From: Tricharina praecox
Lineage: Eukaryota
Direction: 5' to 3'
NCBI RefSeq assembly: GCF_024521635.1
Contig: NW_026250443.1
Location: 124,001 to 183,080, forward strand
Length of the DNA stretch: 59,080 nucleotides
Shown: positions 40,101 through 52,111 of the stretch, piece after piece
How the letters are laid out: the number at the start of each line of letters is the position of its first letter
Position numbering within the stretch: position 1 is the stretch's first letter
The notes under the pieces: model-generated
Database searches by the model: none
Seen by the model: only the letters and a program-made list of their open reading frames with translations
Told to the model about the DNA's origin: nothing
Program-made: the position numbers and the translations under genes

Positions 40101-40341
40101 TGTACCGTGTGAGTGAATATCCGGAAAATGGTACGATCCAAAGAGATCACGTACTCTCGGATCTACCGGCCAGTTACCGTTAGCCAGCCGAACACCCGAT
40201 CTTTCTGACTCGGCAGTTTTGGAACACATACTCGCCGTAATTGAATGTCTGCCCGCCATGCAACACCGATCCGTTGAACTCGACGTGCCTAGAGCCGCTG
40301 TGGTAGTTGGTAAGGAGAACTGGATCCCTACTGCTGGTCAT
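37176..40341 (-). CDS. Fungal NLR: short N-terminal motif + NACHT + ~10 ankyrin repeats (972 aa predicted)
   Basis: Exons 40341-40232, 40162-40155, 40097-39924, 39863-39242 and 39180-37176 total 2919 nt in one frame. Motifs GIPGAGKT, VAYFYC, VCIDALDE, SRGMF, FRFAHVSVYEYL and repeated TPLHLA...G....LLIDRGAD. Confidence 0.9.
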
Positions 40342-41654
40342 TCTGCGGGTTGAAGTGACGTGAGTTGCCTATTCGTATTCGATGCTGATGCCTAAAACTA
40401 CGGTATCTCCACGTTGGGTCGGGCTTTAGTTGGCGTTCTCGATTAGCCAGGTTCAAAATATCTCGGGACACGTACGCATACATCTCTCTGGTCTCGAACT
40501 TCGGCCGTCGGTAGTGTGTTTGATCAAAAGTTGTTAGGAATGATCACTGAGAGTTCTGCGTATACATACAGTAGATGCCAAGCACCCCCGAGCTACCCCG
40601 CTGATTCTCAGCTGTACCCCGCTTTCTCACAGCGTACCTATGCTTGATTCCACCTATGTATGTACCACCGTCATCAGACGCATGACTTTGGTGCGGCTGG
40701 AGATGTCGGCGAGGAGATAGGGGGGACATCTAGCGCCGGAGTAAGTGGACATTCTGATCAGGGCTAGAACATGTATATGATGGAAAACTAATTACCTACA
40801 AATTTACTACAATTTCGACTTATCGCTAACCGGTCGATGAGCTTCGTATATCCGCACCTCGAAAAGGGCGAAATCTGGCCGAAAGGTTGTGATTTTCGGT
40901 CCCGATGGGGCTATAGAGCGCTCGAGCTCTAGAGTGGGCTGCGAAAGCTTGGTCAACGGCTTCGGGCCAGTGGAACAATGCAAGCGATGGGCACCCGTGC
41001 GGTCCAGGGGAGTGTTATATTGAAGAAAACGGGCCAGAACTGGCCGCGACATTGTGATTTTCGTTCCTGTCGTGGCCAGACACCTGGAAAAAATTATAAT
41101 TTGGATTTCAATTCCCCACACGGCAGATTATTCCTCTCAGATAGGCCGGCTCAACGGACAGCAGACCAGCGCGGTCATGAACAATCCGGATCTCTCAGTT
41201 GGCCGCAGTATTCGAAAATATATTCTGGACTCCGGTCTAGCCCTGCCACTTACACGGAATTCTGGCATCCGGGAATGAGCTTTGACAGGTCGTGGCGGTT
41301 GTGGCGAGTGGGGCGCGGAGGTACCGCCCTGGGCTGATACCTACCAGGCTGTGGATAAGCTAAATAGCTGGTCGGGTTCAATCCGCGGGATGCCCTGAGC
41401 AACAGAATCAGATTGCTTCACGGTGTCGTGATTCGTGTTGTAGCATCCCGGCGATGCAATCGGTTCGGCAAACCGTCCCCAAGGAAAGGTAGGATGTCCA
41501 ACCCGTATTCACCGCTCTCAATTATGGTTTTTAATTACATCATATTGAATCTACCTACTTATTATCATAGTACACACCCATCCCACACCCATCTCATCTC
41601 TAACCCATTCATCACCCATCCCACTCATCCTCCGAACCAGATCCTCCTAGACGT

Positions 41655-42666
41655 CTAGAACGTAATACACGTAGGCCACGGCGCCGCCGACATACACGCC
41701 TGCCCGCAACACGCCCCGGGGTCACTCAAGTCGCACTGTTCGCCGTTGGCCCTGCATGTGGGTGCTTCTAGGGTGGGGACGGCGACTGATGGCGTTTCCG
41801 TGGTGGTGGGTGCAGGATCTTCGGTGGTGGTGGTGGTGGCCGGCTCCTCAGTGCTTGTTGCTGGCTGCTCAGTAGTGGTCGTCGGGTCCTCAGCGGTAGA
41901 GGGCTCGGCGGTAGATGGCGCGGCGACGGACGGAAGCGTGGGTGTTACGGGAATGTCCGCTGGGGCCGATGAGGTGGGGACGTTGGATATGGTTACTACG
42001 GAAAAAGTGGGCTTGTATGCGGATGTCGAGGGCTTGTACACTGAAGGCTGAGGCGTGTGTGCGGGATACTTGGGCGTTTGCACGGGAGGCTTTGGCGCGT
42101 AGACCTGCGTGGGCTTCGGCTTGTATGAGGGCGTGTATAAGGCCGTTGGCGACGGCTTGGGAGTAGGCGTGGGCTTGTAGTACACTGGCTTGGGCGTCGT
42201 CTTCGGCTTGTAGTAGACAGGCTTGAGCGTGGTCTTCGGCTTGTAGTAGACCGGCTTGGGCGTGGTCTTCGGCTTGTAGTACGCCGGCTTGCGCGTCGTC
42301 TTGGGCTCATAGTAGTCCGGATTATTCATCGGCACCTTCGGCGGTGCAGGCTTGTAGTACACAGGCGTCTTTTGCACCTTATTCTCCTTGTATCGATGAG
42401 CATACGCGTGCTCAAAATATCCGTTCCTGGCCGGCTGATAGTGCCGTTTATCGAGCTCAGATGGACATCCCTCTATTTCCTTCGTTATCACCGCTTCTTA
42501 ACCGACATCCCCCCGTCTCCTCAGAGTATGTAGTAGACCCACCCTCAGTACAAGGAAACTTCTTTATCGTCCCAGCGGCGGCGGCGTCGACACCCTGAGC
42601 AGACAACAACAGCGGTGAGGCGATGAGCACAGCAACAACGAGTGAGAACCAGCGAGTGGAAACCAT
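41655..42666 (-). CDS. Secreted Pro/Lys/Tyr-rich extensin-like protein with a Thr/Ser stalk and C-terminal six-Cys knottin-like domain
   Basis: Signal peptide MVSTRWFSLVVAVLIASPLLLSAQG. Phase-1 intron 42473-42542 (GTGGGT...TAG) joins to ORF 41655..42491. DKR dibasic site, (KPKTTPKPVYY)x4, and terminal CRANGEQCDLSDPGACCGQACMSAAPWPTC. Confidence 0.85.
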
Positions 42667-44077
42667 GATTGAATGGTGGCAAAAGAGTGTGTGGGTGGAC
42701 GTGCGATGAGATGTTTTTTTTTGCGGCCGATCGGTACATATTTGTACCAATTGGTCAGCGCGGAAAAGGAGTTCGTTCTCGCCACCTCGCTATGGGTGTG
42801 CAGTACATAGACGGGTCCCCGGGCCCAGGAATGGCCAGCTGAGTGGAGTTGGGTTAAGCCTTTCGCTTACAGCTTCCATGCGATTGGTTCAGCTCATCCA
42901 TGGGTCTTCGGATAGCCCGGAAGATCAGATACACTCAGCACTAGATCTCGTTTGGATGGAATAAATCCTGGAACGAAACTACGGGTATCGTGCACTCACA
43001 GGGTTTGTTGCGCCTCTGGACATTGTAACTGGACCAGCAGTACCGACATGGGCTTTAGCCGTCGCGCGAAAAGGAGTTCGGTCGTCGGGTAGCGAGTCGA
43101 CCTTCCCTCTGCTCGGCATCAGATGGATCCGCACCAATCGTTCTCATTATCAACGCTGACTGAGTACATATATGCCGCCATTTCCTTCCAAGTTAGAGAA
43201 AACAACACGCGTAGTACTGTGTCACCATCCAACCGGCGGCAAGAAGCAACGTCGAACACCGTGACTCCGCACATGTACGCAATGTTTCCACTGCATACAC
43301 TAGCTACGTCTCGTCAGCCGACACCACATACCTTACCTCCTAACCCTCGGTTATCATCGTACTAGAATAACTATAGCCAAATAGCCATCACCATCGGTCC
43401 GGACCCCGCGAGGCAACGACTGACATGCCATTTCCAATCGGCTCTTTGCCGGGTGCAATCTTCCCGTCACCAGCTCACTTTAATACTCGTGATGTGTAAC
43501 GCCCGAGCCCTTCGCGAATGTACCGTGACCTCTCATAGCAGCAGCCACACCACGGAGCTCCCAGGGCTAATCGCGGCATCGAGACCCCCGGCCTCCCTAG
43601 CGAAGAGAACGCGTATCCCTGTGTCGGGTATCCGTAGTACAGTATAAGCGCAGCTAGTTACTGCAGTCCGTCCTGCGCTCGAAATGCTTTGGACTATAGT
43701 AGTCAGTCGGACCACTTCCCACGGACGGACTGCCAAAATACGGCCCAGTCTAGTGCGAGCCTTAGGACGCACGGACTGAACTGTGTCGAGCACTTCTGCA
43801 GTCGACCGTCGACGCACATAAACGCGCGGAAATTCATGGGCGTCCCCATGTGAGCGACTTAGTTGGATTTATGGTCTCGGATAATAGCGCCGAGAAGCAG
43901 AATTCCCACCCTGCGCCGTGAACTAATGAACGTTACTGGTATTGACCGCTTTGGCTACCAATGCTTTTCCTGTTTGGCCGGACGTTGTGTACCCAACGCA
44001 CGATTGAGATGTGTTCTTCCCTGGGCACAATGAAGTATCCATTGGAAGGTGATTGAACACCGATTCAAGCCGTGGTG

Positions 44078-44265
44078 TTTCAAAGCCACCCACAGGGGGT
44101 GGTGAAGGTTCGTGATTTGGTGGGGGCTAGTCTACCTAGGTACCTTTTTTTCTGCCATATAATATGGTTTGCCGAGGAGCAAAACCGCATCACCATCTCG
44201 TCGTTCTCAAGGCGGGTCGAGTGAGCACTCAGGGGCAAGCTAAAAATCGCGGCCGGTATCAACGC
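44078..44265 (+). repeat. Third, more decayed fragment of the 4642/47165 repeat family
   Basis: TTTCAAAGCCACCCACAGGGGGTGGTGAAGGTT and GGGCAAGCTAAAAAT match blocks in the other copies. Confidence 0.45.
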
Positions 44266-44683
44266 AAATGGATGTTTTGCGCAAGATGTAATTGATACCA
44301 CAATACGTAGCCGAGGGGAGAATATTTCCAAGCGCACACATGTAAACCTGTAAGTAAAAACCGACGACCGAAGAGGCCTGAGGCGCAGGGAGAGGGCGGG
44401 TGTGGTTACTTATTTACGTGACGTTCAGCTGGGAGTCGACAATTAATCCGCTATGCGTCCGCCGCCTCGATGCCAGCTACGCAAGACACCTTTACCGGCG
44501 TTATGCTATGTACTATATTTGGACAGCCGAAAGGTTCTCCCAGTATCCACTGCGGCACCGACCACTCCATGATTGTCTCAGACTAGATCTGTGGCTTGAA
44601 TGTTCCAATCTCGATCATCTCAGCCACAAATCTAATCTTTGATCATCACCGAGTGACCGAGAGGGGAGATGGGATGTCTAATA

Positions 44684-44800
44684 GTAGACCCCCTGCTTGC
44701 TACACTCCTTGGCTCACCCGCAGTTCTATCTCTACACTATTTTCTACTAGTCAATAAGCGGCCGCGCCACAGCTTGCATGTTGCGAGGGTGGGGGTCTAC
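44684..44800. mobile_element. Candidate ~115-bp MITE
   Basis: Perfect 10-bp inverted ends GTAGACCCCC...GGGGGTCTAC extending imperfectly inward. Related ends occur at ~24021-24080. Confidence 0.4.
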
Positions 44801-45689
44801 CGTCAAAGACTTTTCCGCGCTGGTATGTCCGGGAGTAATCGGGAAATAACGTTTGCGCGACCTCAGATAACACGAATGCCTTCTACTACCTAGCAAACCG
44901 TGGAATATTGGACAGTAACAATAAGTCGGCTACCGTGGGTGGTAACTAGCATTCTCCCGAGCGAGCGGGTGAGTTGCGACAACAGTGTGTGATACGGCAC
45001 ATGCTGTAGGTACGGTAGATGATGGAGTTCGACACGAGCGGCAATCAAATCCGGCAAAGTGAATGAACACTGCTGGATTGGAATATGTAGAATAACAGAT
45101 GATCGATCAAATTCTCTTCACCAACTCCGCTGTGCGCTATGATGCATAGAAAGCTTCCGCCCCCGGGCAGCAGATGAGGTTCCTCCTCTCACTAGACGCC
45201 GACACAAGTTCAAGCAGGTAAACAATGAAATACATAGGGTGACAGTGCAAAAACAAACTAGAATGAACATCCCACATGCAACCCCAAAGATACCCTGCTC
45301 CGACTCCGACTCAGACTCCTACCCCGACTCTGACTCCGACTCCGGCTCCGACCTCAATTCTGCCCTAACTGTAAGCCTGGCTAAATCGGCCGGCAGAGCT
45401 GAGCGGACTTCCGCCAGTCCTCACCGAACGAACTAGAGAGTAAGCAGTGGCGCCATCGGGGAAGCGCCAACGAGTGTGCAATCGCAATGATTAGTGCAAC
45501 GAGTGCGCGTCTTCCACCCCGACACCTACCTATAAGCGGCCCTATCATCCGATGCAGATGCTAGGAGCCTGCCATCAGGCGGCTATGCGAGTGCATTGGC
45601 CGTGTCCGGATGGCCCTCGAGTGCTGTAGCACGCATCCGTCGCCGGATCCCGACCACATCCATTGCCAGCGCTCGGCTGGTCTTTGTTA

Positions 45690-45815
45690 TTTGGGGGATC
45701 GGGCAACGGGGACTGGCTGCAGCACTCTCGAGGGCCATTCAAACACGCTTGCGGCAGTGGCATGCCCGCCTGATGGCGAGATCCTCACATTAGCATTGGA
45801 AGACGAAACCAGACC
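45690..45815 (+). pseudogene. Relic of a HET-E-type WD40 repeat
   Basis: ATGTGCSTLEGHSNTLAAVACPPDGEILTLALEDET resembles the WD repeats at 32.8-33.5 kb. Confidence 0.5.
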
Positions 45816-46599
45816 AAACCATTCGTCGATGAGATCCGGCTGCTGGCGTTGGGGGGAAACGTCTCTGCTATGCATAACTGATGATTCGCGTGCCTGTGAT
45901 ACGTTAGCTCACTCATCGATAACCCGACGGGAACCCGAACAAATTACATTGATCTCACTGACGGAGGCCTCGGTAGGCGGAACGACGAGTCGGCATGTGC
46001 GGCGGATGATGTCGAAACCTGTCATCGCGGACCGGGTGCTCGATGGGATACTATGGGTGGTGGTGGTGGTGTTGGGTGTTGCAAACAGACACGGTGATTA
46101 GGGGGTCGCAAGCTTCTAATAACCGTCAGACCTGTCACTCAGCCAGAGCAGGGTCACCCTTCACCCCGCAGTTGACAGTTGTTGCTCGAATTATCCCTGC
46201 GCGACGGATATGCCGTAATTCTTGGCGTCAGCACGCTATTCAAGAATCGTACAGCCGGGCCCCGGCCTGCAGGAATCGTGGCTATATTTGGATTATACTA
46301 ATCACACTTGACGATCTTTCAAATTCCGCAGAGGATCAGGGTTGAGAGACACGTCGCAACAACCCGTGCATACTTGATCACGTTATCGTAGCGTCGCCAA
46401 CTTCCGCGAGACTGCGACAATATCGCGCGCGCCATTCTCTGGATGGGAAGGTGAATTGCGATGCTGGCAACACGTGCTGCCGAAGTCTGAAGTTCGAACA
46501 CCGCTCGGCTGCGGAGTAGCGAGTACATACATTTCGTTTTTTGGATACAAGTGGTATATACGGTTATATTATAGGTAGTGACGCAGTGTCGTAGTAGAT

Positions 46600-47165
46600 T
46601 GCCACTGGTGCGGCGCCTTCAATGTGGTTACTTCTATTGCGGGTGCCGTTCGGCAATGCGTATCCAGGTGTCAGGCGGGATCGAAAGGAAAGCTCACACA
46701 GAAGGAAGAGGAGATGTGAATGGTGATTCCGTATTCGGTAGATGATGAGAGAGAGAAGGTAGAGCTGACGGCCAAGTAACAGACGAGAGCAGACGACCAA
46801 TGGTATGCGATCGGATGTTATGTTTTAGTTTTGGCTCGAAGAGTATGGAAGCGGCATATAGCTCGTGGTATAGAGCTCGCAGCCAGAGGTCGACGACAGC
46901 CATGTCGAAAAAGATGAGTAATATTCCATGACCTACTGAGGCCGAATCCCATGATGATTAAAACAAAGATATGAGCCGCACCGTGGCTCAAATCAAAAAC
47001 CTTCACCACCCCCGGTGGGTGGCGTGGAAACCCCGATAGATGGACCGCTGTCCATGCTAAATCCGCCGGGTGCATGACCACTAGGCAACGCGGGTTTTTT
47101 ACGTGCTGTAAATTTACTACGCGCGGTTATCAACACGTCCGAGCTCCGCTACGTCCTAAACACTG
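46600..47165 (-). mobile_element. Decayed dispersed repeat with hAT-like CAGTGTT end (inverted homologue of 4642..5200)
   Basis: Ends AAACACTG at 47165, with colinear similarity to 4642-5200. Confidence 0.65.
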
Positions 47166-47291
47166 TGTATATTCACGACGAAGTGTCGAGGTAACGTATG
47201 TCTGTAGGTATCATTGAATGAAAACGCACTCTATCATCAAGACTACATACACGTCATACACGACAAAGGAAACCGCAATCTATCGACATGC

Positions 47292-48248
47292 CTACACCAC
47301 CCACTTCTCGAGGAACTCCACAGCCTGCTCAACTCCCTGTCGAGGTGGAACGCCAACCAAACCATGATCCGCGCCTTCCACCTCCGTGTACTCGACCTGA
47401 ATTCCCTCCGCCTTCAGCAACTCCACGAACCTCCTCGAGTCCGTCGGCAGGACCACACTATCCGCACCACCATGAATGACCCAAGTAGGCGGCATACTCT
47501 TCACCAAGTCAAACGGCAGCAGCTGTGAGTGCATATCCTCCGGTACCTCTGTCATACCCCTCTCCCTCTGGCTTTGATGCCTGCCAAACAAAAAATCCAG
47601 CAAGACCCCCTGCTTCACCGCCCAAAGGAAAAACCTAAACCTGCCGCCCGGGGGGGTCACCCCGAAAACGACCAGATCATTCGTCAACACCTCGTTACTC
47701 CCCAGGATCGCTGCAAACTCCGCCTCTTCCAAATCATCAGTCGGGATCCCGATCACCACCGGCGGCGAAGAAGACTTGTCCGCTGAGTACCACGGCGCCC
47801 CCAGGTCCAGCATTCCGTAATAATCTAGCAGTGCCTGTGGCCTCACCGTCTTCCAGTGCGCGGCGGCAAGCACAGCAAGGAAAACACCGGCGCTCGCACC
47901 GATGACCGCGACGTGGGTGGTGTCGATTCCCTCCGCGGAGGCGTGGGTGGTGAGCCACGTCTCGAGCGCAGATATGTCGCGCAGGAGGGAGAGCCCGTCG
48001 GCTTGCGGGAATAAAGAGTAATCGGCGGAAATCACGATCCACCCGCTCACAAGTAGGGGGATCGCGACATCCTCAGGCACCATACCCTGCCGCTGACCGG
48101 TGACGAGACCACCGCCGTGGAACATGATCAGCGTCTTCCGGGGAGGTGAGGAGGACGTGTGCGTGCTCGGCTTGAAGATGTCGAGTTCGGTTGCGGGCGT
48201 CGACTGGTAGGTGTGCGTCGCCCATTCGAAGCTCGTGCGGAGTGACAT
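47292..48248 (-). CDS. Alpha/beta hydrolase (HSL-like esterase/lipase), intronless, 318 aa
   Basis: HGGG oxyanion motif, GASAG nucleophile elbow, HGGADSVV (Asp) and GADHG (His). Confidence 0.92.
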   Translation of the reverse strand: MSLRTSFEWATHTYQSTPATELDIFKPSTHTSSSPPRKTLIMFHGGGLVTGQRQGMVPEDVAIPLLVSGWIVISADYSLFPQADGLSLLRDISALETWLTTHASAEGIDTTHVAVIGASAGVFLAVLAAAHWKTVRPQALLDYYGMLDLGAPWYSADKSSSPPVVIGIPTDDLEEAEFAAILGSNEVLTNDLVVFGVTPPGGRFRFFLWAVKQGVLLDFLFGRHQSQRERGMTEVPEDMHSQLLPFDLVKSMPPTWVIHGGADSVVLPTDSRRFVELLKAEGIQVEYTEVEGADHGLVGVPPRQGVEQAVEFLEKWVV

Positions 48249-51200
48249 TTCCGGTGGCGGCTGTGGTTGCGTGGGAGTGTGTTGTTGGCTAGAGATGTGA
48301 TGCTGGAGATAGGATACTGAAGATTCGAGACCACCGGGCCGGGGAAGTCGTAGTATTTATCTACGGATAAATATTTACCACCGCAATTCCCCGCAACTCC
48401 GCATTGCAATCAGTTACAACCGCGCTACCGGAACACTGGCCGGAGTATGTATCTAGTCGCTAGTAGGCCAAGCGAACGGATCTGCAAACTTGTACCGCTG
48501 CGCAATGCCTCAAGCGGCCCGTACTAGCAACAATTCGTCAGTCCCGCCCGGCCCGCGGCCGAGACCTGCCGCATGTGGAATGACTGTTACGCGGCTGACG
48601 AAGTTGACCCGCGGCCGAGACCTGCCGTATCCGGACGACGACGCGTTTAACCGCTGACAAATCTGTTACGCAGCTGTCAGCGGTCCTGGAGCGGTAGGGA
48701 TGTGAACTACTTTATGAAGACAGTTCACGTCACGCGATGTCTGCCAAAACAGAAACTCCATGACGGTAACAGTTGCAAGCGATAATCAATTAATTCTCGT
48801 GGTCTCGCGGTAATATTTGTTGTGAATCATGGCTAGTGGTGGCTGGTGGCGGCTGCCGGTTCCTGCCGGTGGTGGTGGTGGTCGGATGCTCGCGGCACCG
48901 CAGTGTCCATCGCCCGAGCGTCAACCTGACTATCCGCAATCAATTGTCATGCAGGTGGCGTGTCGCACAGTATCATGACAGCCAACAATTTGTAACTGCA
49001 TCATCACAATTTACCATCAGGCCGCTGATTATTTGACATCTCTAGACTCTAATCAGCGGGCCGAAGACGCACGGTGCACGGAGTTAACAAAAATGCGAAT
49101 ATGCAATCTCAAATCGAAGCAGCTCCATGATTTTCGGCGACATTCATTCCTAAATTCTATCTAGAAGGGCACAAATCACAGGGCTGTGAAAACTCACACA
49201 AGAGAAATAAATCCATCCGTTTGCGTTCCTGTGTCGCCATTACTCAGTACGATAATAAGACCGAAATGCAAGAAGTCGACCAAGTCTACACGAGCGGGGG
49301 ACATCGCTATGAGAACGTGAGGCCGCCCGCCCGCTTCTGAGAGTGAACCGCGTAAGGGCGTGCGGCTATTCATCGAGCGGAAACTGGATAGCAGGCACGG
49401 TAATGAGAATGATTGACAGATCCGGTGTCCGACTGCTATTACAGGTGCGGGCCGGGCCTTGCAGTGGACCAGTCGGCTGTTCGGCGGGGGTGCTAGCGCT
49501 TGTCCGCGGCGATTTATCGGTGCGGCAATTGGCTGGGGTCGAGACGCCGGTTTAAGAGAGGGCACCGAGAGAGTAAAAGAAATGAGAAAACGAGAAAATT
49601 GAGCGAAAACGACATAGGAAAAGAAGTATATTGCACTGAAGTACGCTTTCTGGGCGGTCGAAATTTCTCATGGCCGAGTTCCGCTGTGGATCTAGGTTGG
49701 TTTCTCCCGCGGCTTCAGAATGACGGGTCGTGGAGATTCTACGCAAGATCAGATAAACGAATGGGACCTCGATTCGGGAGTGGTGATGTACGGCTACGAT
49801 TGGGTGAGCGGCGCAAGCGACCTGAATGTGAAAGAACACGCACAACCTCACCGTATCTCACTGATTTCACTGCATTGCGTTCAGTCGCTCGTGCAACTGT
49901 AATGGAGATGGTCACGACTTGAGGCTTCCTCATTGTACATGTGTACGAGATGCAATCGAGACAGCGGAGATTCTATAGGAGGAAATCGTCGCGCTCGACA
50001 TGAGGATTCGACGGGATAGCGTATCGAGTGCCTACACGGGTAAGCGCGACTTCCTATGCTCCACCGGTACCAACATTCTCAGCTCCAGACTCCTGATGCG
50101 CATATAGGGGAAGAGATCCGCGTGCGTGAATGTAATAGTATAGATGATGGGTGGCCTACTATAGTACACTACCTAGACGAGTCGAAGTCTCCGTACGCTG
50201 GCCTAAACATAGATCCAATTGTGCAGATCTCACCCATGCCACATGAGACAGTCGTCGCCGTAAAGATGTGTAGATCGTCTTCAGGGCTGCAAAGCTTCGG
50301 CTTTGGCCTCAGTAGCGTGGAAAAGCTTCTTTGTTTTTAGAGTTGCCTTGGTATGCACCTTCCCCGCCCGTCTTTCGCCCCGTACGTAACTGCGTCTTGT
50401 CTTCTGACCGAGCTACGACGGATACGCGCTCGGCATTGCATACTCCCTTGTACCGGCTTTTTAAAGCTGTAGTGAGAAATAAATCCTCAATTTGTCTCCC
50501 TTCAGCAAGGCGAAGCTGCCGAGTGATATATCGCGACGCTCCTCTACCATCAGACAACCCCTCGCATGCAGACGGTCCTACAAGCTGGTACATATTTTCG
50601 CCCAATAGAGCGGCCTATCGGGCGCAAACCATGAAGTAAAACCCGATATTTGCCTCCCCCACTGATTGCAACCCTCTTCGGCTACCTTATTCCAACCTCT
50701 TGGCGCGTTTCCTAATGAATGAGAAGATACGGTGGTCGGCTACGACGACGTGTGTTGTTATTTGCTACCGACGAGGCCATCGGGTGCTGTATTTACCAAC
50801 CCCTCATTTTTGTCGTGTTCCCGCTCTGGGTGTGCTAGTGATTGCCGTCCGTCAGCTGGGAACCGCAGGATTGGCTGTTGGCTTACCGGATTTATACACC
50901 CCAGGCGTGCGGGTGGACAGGGTCTCCGGTACATGCGAAATACAAGCATAGTCTGTGGCTAGATTACAATGCCTAATGTCCGCGAATGCTGCAGTGCGGC
51001 AGCTGCGCGGAAGACGGGGGCTCTAGGTGATGCCACTTACTGCGCATGCGGCTCCCACCTAATCGACGATTCGTTGTGACAGCGGAAAGCAATCAGGAAA
51101 CAGTGGCAAGGAATGTACATTTAAGCCTATAACGCAGTTGTGGGTGTCTTCGCCTAGGTACTATGTAGATATGCAATTGTCGCTGGAAACGTTGATGGTT

Positions 51201-52111
51201 ATGCTTAGCTTGGTCTGGCTTCATGCTTCACCTTATTGATGCATGCAATGTTGGTTTTCGTTGGTATGGTTTCATGATCTGCATCCTTTGATACGGTACA
51301 TAGTTCACCGGATGGAAACTGTGGCGATCTAGGCAGCCACCTAGCCCGAGTTCTAGTTATATCGGTACTTGCAGTAACCGGATGGAGACAGTAGCGCTCT
51401 AGGCAGCCACCTGGCCACCGGTGGTGACACCGCAGCGTGTCTCGACATAGAGTGATTGATGACCGCGGAATACCCTAAGTTGACCTCTTTCTTGCTGGGA
51501 GACCAGAGCAGCCATGATTTTCCGACTGAACCTAACCAAAACATTATGCTCCGTGTGAGGTTTCTCCTCCCTCTGCGTGCAGTCGTATCCGACCGGGCAT
51601 CCGCGTGGTGAACACGGCGGTGATGTCCACACCCAGCGGCGACCATTGGTTCTTTGCTTTCGTATGGTTTACCTTTCGCTTCGATATCGTGTCATCTCTT
51701 CTAATCTCTGCCTCGGTTTAATATTTCTTCATCCCTGGCCTCCTACAGACGCATATCGGCCTCGTCCAGGAAGGCCCTGTTCCCCGGTCTCACCTCACCG
51801 CTCACCCGTGCCCCCGACGTGCCCTCCCAACAGTAAGCTGTGCCTACCATCGTCGCTTCGGATCTTCGACAAAGTACACTCCCACCATTCACCTTCTTGT
51901 CTGTTCTCTTCCTCCCATTCTCCAGACCGCAGACCATTACCACCCACCGTCCTCCCACCTCCGACTCTGCTTGAGTCTCTTCGCTTCCACGTCGGTACAT
52001 CCGGACGAATTCCTCGGTGAACGTCTACCGATTGTCAGGCTAAACATAGCCCAGCATTTTTTGGATTCCGCTTCAGATCGGAAATTGTGATTCCGCCTTG
52101 ATCTCCAGGCT

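Noticed and set aside
50309..50640. HET-domain C-terminal relic (YQLVGPSACEGLSDG)
   Set aside because: A single weak motif with no supporting upstream sequence.
51307..51416. 40-bp duplication at 70-bp spacing
   Set aside because: A two-copy local duplication with no further structure.
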